The notes under the pieces are model-generated. The model was not told where the DNA came from and searched no databases. It saw only the letters and a program-made list of their open reading frames with translations. From a virus (Duplodnaviria; Caudoviricetes), in IMG/VR virus record IMGVR_UViG_3300011338_000802, positions 1 to 28,896 of that record: DNA of 28,896 nt. The stretch is one strand, 5' to 3'. Positions within the stretch are counted from its first letter, which is position 1. The number at the start of each line of letters is the position of its first letter. Of the stretch, positions 17,074 to 24,551 are shown piece by piece. The translations under genes were made by a program, and so were the position numbers.

Positions 17074-17246
17074 CGTCTAAGTTTCTCCCCTGTTTGGTAC
17101 GCAATCACTAGAGGCCAAAGACCGACGTAGAGCCAAGCAAGCAATACCTCTACTTCTTTATCTTTGGAGTAGCCAAGCTCTAGCGCCCAGAACAAAACCC
17201 CGATTATGAAATAGAGAGCGGTTAATATTTGTATAAGTAAGTCCAT
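17070..17246 (-). CDS. 58-aa two-helix membrane protein (not in ORF track)
   Basis: MDLLIQILTALYFIIGVLFWAL...LLAWLYVGLWPLVIAY; GGAG RBS. Confidence 0.65.
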   Translation of the reverse strand: MDLLIQILTALYFIIGVLFWALELGYSKDKEVEVLLAWLYVGLWPLVIAYQTGEKLRR

Positions 17247-17576
17247 TTATTTTTTCTCCATAGGGATTCTTGGCGAGTCTACTTCGCCGTTGCGTACACT
17301 CTGAAGCCACATTTCTATGCCTTCCTCAGTGTGTGCAATTTCTTTTTTATAAAAATTTGTAGTCAGTGAAAGTATTCTATCGAGAACCGTTTCACCCATG
17401 CCTAGCCAAAGGGTGTCGGTAGCTTGAGCAATAATGGCTAAACCGATTTCTGCTAAATCGACCATAAGTTTTTCTTGGCTCGATTCGAAGCCTTTTTTGA
17501 AATACCACTTGCTAGTTATGGTCTCATTCAAGGGGGCTTTTAATTTTTCCCAAGCGTCATCAAAATCTTTTTTCAT
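17247..17576 (-). CDS. hypothetical protein
   Basis: Abuts neighbouring genes exactly. Confidence 0.65.
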   Translation of the reverse strand: MKKDFDDAWEKLKAPLNETITSKWYFKKGFESSQEKLMVDLAEIGLAIIAQATDTLWLGMGETVLDRILSLTTNFYKKEIAHTEEGIEMWLQSVRNGEVDSPRIPMEKK

Positions 17577-18299
17577 TTAGTTCACCCCAAACAAAGTATC
17601 TAAACTATCGAGCACCGCTTCGCCCAACACTTGTGAACCTACATCGGTATAGTGAACGTCGTCGGGGCTTACGTGCTCACTAACAATTGTTTGCGAAACG
17701 CTGTAGAGGTCAAGCACCGGTATCCCCTCAAGAGCCATCACGTCGCGAGCAATATTGTTTCTATTCACCACGTCGGCGTTGTTCCTATGTGGTGTCGCAG
17801 GCAAAACTTCGGTCGTTAAAATAAAAAGTGGATGCGCAGTCTTCGCTTTTATCTTTTGCGCAATCGCGTGCAAGTTCGCCGCATAGTCTGAGTCCGAAAC
17901 ATTTTCCCAATCCGCGATGTCCCACAAGCCGTTGTTCCAAGTGATAGCTTCAAAACTACTTCGGCTCGCAAGCCAAGTGTCTATGTTTTGCGCTGTCCAT
18001 GAGGACGTCATCGCGTTGCAAGGGTTGTGCACGACATCGTATGTGGGAGAAAGTGCGGCTTCAATTGTAGGCGTGTATCCAATAGAGATAGAGTCGCCGA
18101 TAATTAAAACAGTAGGCGCGCCGGTAGCTGCAGGCAGAGATTCGTTGGCGGGACAAATGCCGCCGCTTTGTTTTTTGGAGCAAGCAAAGAGAGATAAGAA
18201 AAGAAGGGCTAAGAGAAGCGCACTGAAAAACATTCTGACTCTTTTTCTTCTCTGAAGTTCTTTGTACCTAGCCAACATGAAAAAATGTTCTGGGCTCAT
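17577..18299 (-). CDS. SGNH/GDSL hydrolase lipoprotein (likely start MSPEH)
   Basis: Lipobox LFAC after a basic and hydrophobic leader; IIGDSIS, NNGLWD, DDVHY catalytic blocks. Confidence 0.85.
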   Translation of the reverse strand: MSPEHFFMLARYKELQRRKRVRMFFSALLLALLFLSLFACSKKQSGGICPANESLPAATGAPTVLIIGDSISIGYTPTIEAALSPTYDVVHNPCNAMTSSWTAQNIDTWLASRSSFEAITWNNGLWDIADWENVSDSDYAANLHAIAQKIKAKTAHPLFILTTEVLPATPHRNNADVVNRNNIARDVMALEGIPVLDLYSVSQTIVSEHVSPDDVHYTDVGSQVLGEAVLDSLDTLFGVN

Positions 18300-18424
18300 T
18301 TCGAGCCCCCTTTCTTTTTTGCGGCCTTGAGACTTCGGACTTTTCCGGGTGTCGCACCGGTTAGTTTCTTTACAAGTTTTTGTACCGTCTCTTTTATTTG
18401 TTTCGCACCTTTTTTGCTTTTCAT
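18296..18424 (-). CDS. 42-aa Lys-rich peptide (not in ORF track)
   Basis: MKSKKGAKQIKETVQKLVKKLTGATPGKVRSLKAAKKKGGSK; ATGA overlap with the SGNH gene; TATTAT -10-like box 6 nt upstream, possibly leaderless. Confidence 0.5.
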   Translation of the reverse strand: MKSKKGAKQIKETVQKLVKKLTGATPGKVRSLKAAKKKGGSK

Positions 18425-18514
18425 ACATATATAATAACCCAAGCGGCTTCGGATTAGTACAGAAAAGCGACGATGTAAACTATTGAATTGTCGTTTTGTT
18501 TGTTAAAAATAGGT

Positions 18515-18659
18515 GTCTAGGGGCCAGTCGCGACCTCTGGCATCCGTTTATGTTGCAACATTTCGGACCCATACACGGTGCGTTTCTCTTAGTTAGTCGA
18601 AATGTCGGTTTTGCTTTTAAGCACCATGACGAATAACAGCTTCCAACGCCGCCCTAGAC
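18515..18659 (-). ncRNA. candidate structured RNA of unknown class
   Basis: 8-bp closing stem GTCTAGGG/CCCTAGAC, several internal stems and a possible pseudoknot; all wobble pairs are G-U only on the minus strand. Confidence 0.45.
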
Positions 18660-18676
18660 GAAAGCCGTATTAGCCC

Positions 18677-18871
18677 TTAGTTGAGAGAGGCGTCAACGAC
18701 TTTCACGCCGTTCTTGAATTGCTTTAGGAAGGCCCGCTCTGCGTCCTCTAGGGCCTCGTCTGCCGTGTAGGCATAAACGTCGCCGAGGAATAGCCCCTCG
18801 CTGCCGTCGGGGTTTAAAGAGTAAATGTGGTATCGGAAAATGTATCTAGGCTTCGCGGTGTCGTCATCCAT
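18677..18871 (-). CDS. hypothetical protein (likely start MDDDT)
   Basis: ATG downstream of a hairpin-rich leader. Confidence 0.5.
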   Translation of the reverse strand: MDDDTAKPRYIFRYHIYSLNPDGSEGLFLGDVYAYTADEALEDAERAFLKQFKNGVKVVDASLN

Positions 18872-18885
18872 GTTGTTTCTTTTAG

Positions 18886-18934
18886 TCTCCCTTTTGGGGA
18901 GAGGCCCTAAGTCTGTTGAGAAACCCAAGGCCCC
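18886..18934 (-). promoter_or_regulatory. tandem hairpins (terminator or RBS-sequestering leader)
   Basis: GGGGCCTTGGGTT/GACTTAGGGCCTC stem with G-U pairs on the minus strand, then TCTCCC-CAAAA-GGGAGA. Confidence 0.4.
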
Positions 18935-18984
18935 TTTTTCGGAACACGTATAAGTATCTGCTCGCAGAGCGAGCATTCTTTAAA

Positions 18985-19173
18985 TTAAACCTTAGGCTTT
19001 GGTTTAAAGACAAGGTCAAGAATTTTTTTGATGCCCATAAGAATGGCTTCGAGCGTCGAGCCGGGCTTAACAAGTTCTGTTTTTCCGAGCCAATATTCGA
19101 GACTCATCAAAAGGAAAACAGCGACGGCCTGCACGACCTGGTCATTCAGTAATTCAATAAATTTTTCAAACAT
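18985..19173 (-). CDS. small membrane protein (holin-like)
   Basis: GGAG RBS; hydrophobic and amphipathic helices, basic C-terminus. Confidence 0.55.
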   Translation of the reverse strand: MFEKFIELLNDQVVQAVAVFLLMSLEYWLGKTELVKPGSTLEAILMGIKKILDLVFKPKPKV

Positions 19174-19202
19174 AAATTTTCTCCCTGTACCTTGATTCTA
19201 AC

Positions 19203-19532
19203 TTAGAACGGCTTCGATACAATGCTGCACGCCGTCTCAAGACCCGTGACCACAATCAATTTGTCTGCGGTCTTATCAAGGGTGACGTACATCGGTTGAC
19301 GCTTGCCTTCTTTAAGAGAGGCGGTGTCTGTGTTGTCTAAGATACACTGCACTTGTCCGGCGTCGCTTGAAACGATTGAGCCCGTTTTATCGAGGGCCGT
19401 GCCGTCGGTTTTTGGAAAACTAATAGTGACGGCAGTCACGCCCGCAAGAGCGTAAGGAGTGCCATCCTCTTTTTTAAGATTCACTTTAACGGTCTTGTCT
19501 TCGCCTTTAACAATTTGAATAAAATCTGACAT
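19203..19532 (-). CDS. BppU N-terminal-like Ig-fold virion protein
   Basis: I.KGED..V.V.L...DGTPY.LAG.T...GQVQ..L...DT pattern. Confidence 0.55.
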   Translation of the reverse strand: MSDFIQIVKGEDKTVKVNLKKEDGTPYALAGVTAVTISFPKTDGTALDKTGSIVSSDAGQVQCILDNTDTASLKEGKRQPMYVTLDKTADKLIVVTGLETACSIVSKPF

Positions 19533-19550
19533 AATATTTTTCCTTCTTTT

Positions 19551-19940
19551 TTAATCGCACTCGCAAACAGTAGCCGTCAAAACTTCAGCGCTCTCGACAA
19601 CACCACTTAGGACAGTACTGTCTTCGACCACACCTTCGACAGCGCATGAGCTTGAGGAATACTCTAAAGGTATCTCAATGCTTGTGCTTGAATGGGTGCT
19701 AGAAAAAGTAGTGAACCCCGCGTCGTCGTAAACTAAATACTGCACTGACACGAAAGGCTTATTGGGCATCAGCGCCGTGCTGTTGGTGTAGAGCCCATTA
19801 GCTTCGTGGGCCAGAGTAAAAGGGCTCCCTAAAATTTCTGCGTCCGAGTTATCCCTGACCACTGCGCGCACAAATTTATTTGTGGCGTTGTCAAAGAGCT
19901 GAAGCACTAAAGGAATAATGTCATTAGGTTTTAGATTCAC
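19551..19940 (-). CDS. putative virion structural protein, C-terminal CxC
   Basis: Beta-rich, E..NGLY motif, repeated GVVE, ends in VCECD. Confidence 0.55.
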   Translation of the reverse strand: MNLKPNDIIPLVLQLFDNATNKFVRAVVRDNSDAEILGSPFTLAHEANGLYTNSTALMPNKPFVSVQYLVYDDAGFTTFSSTHSSTSIEIPLEYSSSSCAVEGVVEDSTVLSGVVESAEVLTATVCECD

Positions 19941-20437
19941 TGCGCACCTAAAAATTGTTTAATCTGATTTATTTTAGCATCGAGGTGCGGAAGTTCTTCT
20001 AAAAGCATAGAAAGCTCTCCGCGTCTTGCGAACAGCAATATCAATTCTTGCTTAGCTTTTTCTTTTTGGGCGTTCAATGGCTCTGCGCCAACCGCGATAA
20101 AAGAAATCAATTCTGCCTCGCTCATTTTTCCATAATGACGAGATTTCAATTCACCTTTTTCAAATACCATAACCGCGGGAGCGCCGATTGAATTGCTTCC
20201 GGGGTTGGGCTTCATGTAAAGTTTTTTAAATTCGCTGCTACCGAGTTTTGGGTCGGGTCTAGCAGGCAAGTTAAAACATGCGAAGTTATCCGCGATAGTC
20301 CCGATTTGCTCAGCGGCTACTTTTTCAAACACGGGCTTAAACTCATCGCACTTGGGACAGTCATTCATCCAAACTTTAATTGCGACTTTTTGCCCGCTCG
20401 ATATCAAGCTAAGCAATTCTTTCTCATTCATTTCCAT
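19937..20437 (-). CDS. thioredoxin-fold protein with C-terminal coiled coil
   Basis: VAIKVWMNDCPKCDEFKPVFEKVA and IGAPAVMVFEKGE (cis-Pro loop); no signal peptide. Confidence 0.88.
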   Translation of the reverse strand: MEMNEKELLSLISSGQKVAIKVWMNDCPKCDEFKPVFEKVAAEQIGTIADNFACFNLPARPDPKLGSSEFKKLYMKPNPGSNSIGAPAVMVFEKGELKSRHYGKMSEAELISFIAVGAEPLNAQKEKAKQELILLFARRGELSMLLEELPHLDAKINQIKQFLGAQ

Positions 20438-20681
20438 TTTGTATTTCCTCTATGGACGAGATTAAGAGAGAGATTTTTTCTAGTCTAGTCGTGAGCGTAG
20501 CTATGTGTGACTCATGGCTTTCTTTCTCTTTTAACAGCTCTTCTTTCAAAGAGAGGTGCTTATCCTCAATTTCTTGCCGCGCAAAAACCTCGTCACCTGA
20601 AAGTCTTATCGTGTACTCAACGTCTGGATTTTTCTGAGCTAAAATTGCAGCTATCTGCTTTTCATGATTGTTTAACGCCAT
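20424..20681 (-). CDS. small coiled-coil protein (possible fibre chaperone)
   Basis: Heptad-like C-terminal half; abuts the Cys-rich gene and overlaps the thioredoxin start. Confidence 0.6.
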   Translation of the reverse strand: MALNNHEKQIAAILAQKNPDVEYTIRLSGDEVFARQEIEDKHLSLKEELLKEKESHESHIATLTTRLEKISLLISSIEEIQNGNE

Positions 20682-22544
20682 TTAAAAACTCCCCAATTTG
20701 TACCATTTTTTTGATGAGAAATACGTTCCGGAGCAAGAGCCTTCAGACCCCGTGTAAGTGCCCTCGCACGAATCCCCGTCCCATGTGCAACCGTTGCCGC
20801 TTTGTGCATTACAAGTGCTTTCATCGGCTCCAAAATCGCTGCAGGCTTTTAATGTCCAAGAGCATCCGCTGTTTGCGTTGCAGTTACTTTCATTTGTAAA
20901 TGTGGAACAGTTTGCCGGTCTATTAAAGTGATGAACTAAAACTGAATCTCCGGGTGCTAAAGAAATAGAACTTTCTAAAGTGTCTCCGGGAGACGCCACG
21001 ACGGAAATGTTTCCACTCGGGCCTATATTTTTCGTGTAGTAAAATCTCGAAACATTTGACCTGTTAGCAATTGAAGAGGGCAACAGCGTGTAAGTCGCGC
21101 CTGATAGCCAGCTGCATCCGGGCTCAGCGTTACATGCTGTAGAGCCATCGTCTGTTAAGTTTGCGCAGCTAGCGGTGCCTTGGCAAACAGAACCATAAGT
21201 TCCGCTACAATTGCCTGTTGCGTAATTCCCACTGCAGATACTTCCGTTGCAAACTCCGCCAGTGCATGAGGTATTGTATTGGCCATTGCAAGTAACCCCA
21301 TCCCATGAACAACCCGATTGAGCATTGCAACTTGATTCATCAAAAAAGTTAGAGGCGCAATCCGAAAAATTCCAAGTGCAAGAGTTAGCTTCGCAATTGG
21401 GTTGGTCCGTGTAACCACTGCAGGTATCCGACCATGAACAACCCGTAGTTCCGTTGCATGTGGCCTCATCAGTTATGGCGGGACACGTAGACGTATCCCA
21501 TGAACAGCTGCCGCCGTAGGCGTCGTCTTGGCTTTCGCAAGTCGATTGATCGGTATTGTTTGCAGTTGAGCACGGAGCTTGCTCCCAGACACATCCAGAA
21601 TTGCCTTCGCATTCTCCCTGATTCGTTCCACTGTAGCTACTGCATGGATTACCGGCAAACCAAGTACACCCAGCTAAAGCGTGAGCATCGCAGGTCGCTT
21701 GGTTGGTGTATGTGGCACAAGCCGTAGGCGTTCCAGTACATTCAAAAGCAGCGGAGCCATCGCCGTAAACAACCATTTCGTCCGAGTAGGTGTACGTCGC
21801 ACTTGTTACTAAGACGCCTTTGCCCGCAAAGCCGCCGTAGCTAGATAGCCTAACAGTGGCGCCTGTGTCAGCTAGCCCCGCAGTAACGGGGCCATTGTTG
21901 TAAGACGCTTGAGTATTGTAGATACCGCCCGAATAAAGCTGAATTAATTGCGCTGCGGACTCTGCCGTACTTCCAATAAAGAAAGTGTGCATTAAGCCTC
22001 GATAATCAATCGTTCCGCCTGCATCTATACCAAAGCCCGCTTTAATTGTGCTTCCAAATTTGAAGCCGATATTTGTTTTACTGCCGCTTGGATTAGTTAA
22101 AAGAAAGTTTTGAAGCGTGCTTATTGTGGATGAATTATTCACCACGCTTTCGATCATTCCGTACATTTTCAAAGACGGATAACTTAGGCCATCCTGTATG
22201 GTCGTATAAAGTTCTAGTAAGTCGCTAAAGGCTCCGCCCGCGATTGAAAATCTTTTTTTATAAATAGCACTTGGATTTACGCTTCCTTGAACAGGTAAAA
22301 TATGCTCATCAAATTTTATTGATTTACTAGCGCCGCCAGAATTTGTTGACCATCCTTGCGCTTCTAGTTCAATAGAAGGAGATACTTGTTGAGCGCCGCT
22401 CGCCGCTGGCGAAATATTTCTAAGCTTTAAAATAGGTGCAGTCGTGGCCCCTAAAGAACTTTTTGTAAAAGTTTGCAGAGCTTTCCACTCGTTTGCTAGA
22501 GGCAAAAGATTTTTAACAGAAGGATTGAATAGTCCTGATGTCAC
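20682..22544 (-). CDS. cysteine-rich repeat tail fibre / receptor-binding-like protein
   Basis: Cys-free beta-rich first 268 aa, then 36 Cys in nine C-x7-10-C-x4-10-C-x-W repeats and nine CxG motifs, inserted in a fibre-type domain. Confidence 0.7.
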   Translation of the reverse strand: MTSGLFNPSVKNLLPLANEWKALQTFTKSSLGATTAPILKLRNISPAASGAQQVSPSIELEAQGWSTNSGGASKSIKFDEHILPVQGSVNPSAIYKKRFSIAGGAFSDLLELYTTIQDGLSYPSLKMYGMIESVVNNSSTISTLQNFLLTNPSGSKTNIGFKFGSTIKAGFGIDAGGTIDYRGLMHTFFIGSTAESAAQLIQLYSGGIYNTQASYNNGPVTAGLADTGATVRLSSYGGFAGKGVLVTSATYTYSDEMVVYGDGSAAFECTGTPTACATYTNQATCDAHALAGCTWFAGNPCSSYSGTNQGECEGNSGCVWEQAPCSTANNTDQSTCESQDDAYGGSCSWDTSTCPAITDEATCNGTTGCSWSDTCSGYTDQPNCEANSCTWNFSDCASNFFDESSCNAQSGCSWDGVTCNGQYNTSCTGGVCNGSICSGNYATGNCSGTYGSVCQGTASCANLTDDGSTACNAEPGCSWLSGATYTLLPSSIANRSNVSRFYYTKNIGPSGNISVVASPGDTLESSISLAPGDSVLVHHFNRPANCSTFTNESNCNANSGCSWTLKACSDFGADESTCNAQSGNGCTWDGDSCEGTYTGSEGSCSGTYFSSKKWYKLGSF

Positions 22545-22958
22545 TTAGAAGTCTCCGCATTGTGCCACAACAGAAATCGCTTTAGCTGCCGTGACAGTAG
22601 TTAGCGCTTTAACTTTTAGAACCGCGCCGTTAGCGAGGTACATGTGCTTATTTCCGTTTACATCGGTGTTGAATGCTATAAATTGAGAGTGCGCAAAAAC
22701 TGATACCAAAGGAACCGCATTCGTGAAGCCCGAGTTAGCTGGGATTGAAAGCGTGCCCACGACGTAATCTGTCGCTGAAACTGTAATGACAAATTGCAAG
22801 TCCTTCGCCGATGTGTCCGTGCTTGAAACGATGATACTATCGACACGAGTGCCGTTAGCTCCGGGAGTGACAAGCGTTTTTAAAGACGTCGTGTCCGCGG
22901 GGAGAATCTGTGCGACATTTGTTTTGATAGTTTGTGGAAAAACGGGTGTTGCGGTCAT
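22545..22958 (-). CDS. putative virion structural protein
   Basis: Beta-rich 137 aa (M.ATPVF...G.RVDSI...SIPA.SG...L..G..LK) in the tail cassette. Confidence 0.6.
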   Translation of the reverse strand: MTATPVFPQTIKTNVAQILPADTTSLKTLVTPGANGTRVDSIIVSSTDTSAKDLQFVITVSATDYVVGTLSIPANSGFTNAVPLVSVFAHSQFIAFNTDVNGNKHMYLANGAVLKVKALTTVTAAKAISVVAQCGDF

Positions 22959-22961
22959 AAA

Positions 22962-23309
22962 TTAAAAGCCCCCTGCAAAAGTATAAGAAACTAAATCGAG
23001 GGCATTCGCCGTCGAAGAAATTGTTAAAGTATTTGATACATCGCTATAGGCTAAGCTGATATTACTGCCCGCCTGTAAAAGAGAATTGACTCTGTCATCC
23101 ACTCTCTCTTCTGTGAAATAAAGATTCGAACCCTCGGCTAAATCCGAGGTGCTCTTTGCAGAAAAAGCTGAATTGAAACTTGCGGTGAAGTCAAAAACAG
23201 GTTGGTAGTTTGCGGCAAGATATGCAATCAAGTCGCTTTGGTCCGTCAGCGTCCCAGTTATCGAACCCCATGTGCCGCCGCCTGTACTCTTAGGACCGCT
23301 TGTAGCCAT
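22962..23309 (-). CDS. short tail-fibre-like protein
   Basis: WGSITGTLTDQSDL and STSDLAEGSNLYFTEERVDDRV motifs typical of phage fibre proteins. Confidence 0.65.
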   Translation of the reverse strand: MATSGPKSTGGGTWGSITGTLTDQSDLIAYLAANYQPVFDFTASFNSAFSAKSTSDLAEGSNLYFTEERVDDRVNSLLQAGSNISLAYSDVSNTLTISSTANALDLVSYTFAGGF

Positions 23310-23368
23310 ATACCCTCAATGATAAACACAAAAGCGCCTGAGTGTAACATCGGAAGTGACAGAATAAA

Positions 23369-23462
23369 GTCTGGGAGTGTTAAGGGTTTAAGAAAGAAAT
23401 AGAAATACTTGAGGCTCTTCTATGGCAATTTTTCAAGAACTAATTCCTACGCACTCCCAGAC
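23369..23462. repeat. long intergenic inverted repeat / hairpin
   Basis: Perfect 11-bp arms GTCTGGGAGTG/CACTCCCAGAC with inner CTTGA/TCAAG. Confidence 0.6.
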
Positions 23463-23490
23463 AATTTTAGAGTAAGAGGATTTCTCCTTT

Positions 23491-23952
23491 TTAGAACATA
23501 CCTTTTTCTGACACTGAGTCTTGCGCTGCGCAAAAAGTGTTTGCGTCAATTAAAATTTTGATGTCTTCGGGCACGTAAAGGATTTCCGTCACAAGTTTGG
23601 TGGCGTAAGGGATGCCGAGGAAGGTCTTTATTTCTTCGAAATTTGAGCATAGCGCGGGCTTATCCTCGCAAACGTAAAAGCGCCTTTCGCCCACTTTGCA
23701 GATGAGCCTAACGTCTCTTAAGCGTTTTAAATCCGACTCGTTGTGAAAGTCGTAAACGATAACATCTTGAGAAATACAATCACCATTTATGAACTCTAGG
23801 CAGGTCGTATGTGTGGGGCCATTGTATGTCGGGCGAAATCTCAGCTCTTGCTCGATTAGCGGCCCGTGATCTAGGGAGCTACATGCAGAAAAAAGTGAGA
23901 GCGAGACATAAGAAAAGAAATACAAAAAACGTGAGTAAAAGAGATTTCTCAT
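23491..23952 (-). CDS. Cys-rich lipoprotein (o-spanin-like position)
   Basis: Lipobox FSAC; further Cys residues; follows two small membrane/coiled-coil genes. Confidence 0.55.
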   Translation of the reverse strand: MRNLFYSRFLYFFSYVSLSLFSACSSLDHGPLIEQELRFRPTYNGPTHTTCLEFINGDCISQDVIVYDFHNESDLKRLRDVRLICKVGERRFYVCEDKPALCSNFEEIKTFLGIPYATKLVTEILYVPEDIKILIDANTFCAAQDSVSEKGMF

Positions 23953-24185
23953 TTTTTGGCTCTTGCATTTTGGGCTTCAGCTATCGCAGCTCTTAGAATA
24001 ATGGATAATTCTTTTTTGAGGCGTACTATTTTTTTGTCGTTTTGTTTTCCGTAAGGTTTTTCTAATTCGGCTAAAAGGTCAAGCTCAAGAGTAGTCGCAC
24101 GGTCTAAATACTTTTGGCTTTCTTTCGTGTTGAGCAATTGAAAAACTTCTTTTGCGAGTAAGAGGCCTGCAGTAATTAGGTCCAT
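23949..24185 (-). CDS. small helical protein (i-spanin-like position)
   Basis: GGAG RBS, hydrophobic N-terminus, coiled coil. Confidence 0.5.
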   Translation of the reverse strand: MDLITAGLLLAKEVFQLLNTKESQKYLDRATTLELDLLAELEKPYGKQNDKKIVRLKKELSIILRAAIAEAQNARAKK

Positions 24186-24196
24186 AGAGGGGCTCC

Positions 24197-24550
24197 TTAA
24201 GAATTCTTTTCGGGCCTATGTGAAATAAGAAGGGCGTTAACCATTCCTTTTAATTCTGAAATGTCTTTTGTCGTCTGAATGTGGTTGTCATAGTTTTCTT
24301 TTCTGACAGCTTTAAACTCTAAATTGATTTCTTTGAGGCCCACATTTATTTTCTGAGAAACGCCTTTGATATCCTCGTCGATATCCTCTTGGCGTTTCTC
24401 GGTGTCTTGCTTGTCTTGGAATTCTTTTTCTTCGAGCTTATCTACGCGGACGCCCAATTTAAAATAACCGTAAATGGCCGCACCAATGAAAGCTAGCACC
24501 GGCCAAATTTCACTTAAGGATAAACCTAGCTCCTTAAGGTCTTCGAGCAT
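24197..24550 (-). CDS. putative holin (one TM helix plus coiled coil)
   Basis: IWPVLAFIGAAIYGYF helix; located after tail fibre genes. Confidence 0.55.
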   Translation of the reverse strand: MLEDLKELGLSLSEIWPVLAFIGAAIYGYFKLGVRVDKLEEKEFQDKQDTEKRQEDIDEDIKGVSQKINVGLKEINLEFKAVRKENYDNHIQTTKDISELKGMVNALLISHRPEKNS

Positions 24551-24551
24551 T

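Noticed and set aside
18300-18428. N-terminal 43 aa of the 283-aa SGNH ORF
   Set aside because: A separate 42-aa ORF in another frame couples by ATGA to Met at 18299, giving a more plausible lipoprotein leader.
18515-18659. Canonical tRNA, tmRNA or hammerhead ribozyme
   Set aside because: No TTC T-loop, anticodon arm, tag reading frame or CUGAUGA core; kept only as an unclassified candidate.
20682-22544. Diversity-generating retroelement or invertible fibre cassette
   Set aside because: No reverse transcriptase or invertase seen; repeats differ at synonymous positions, not specifically at adenines.
23365-23465. 6S RNA mimic
   Set aside because: The closing stem looks similar, but the element is about half the usual length and has no clear central bubble.
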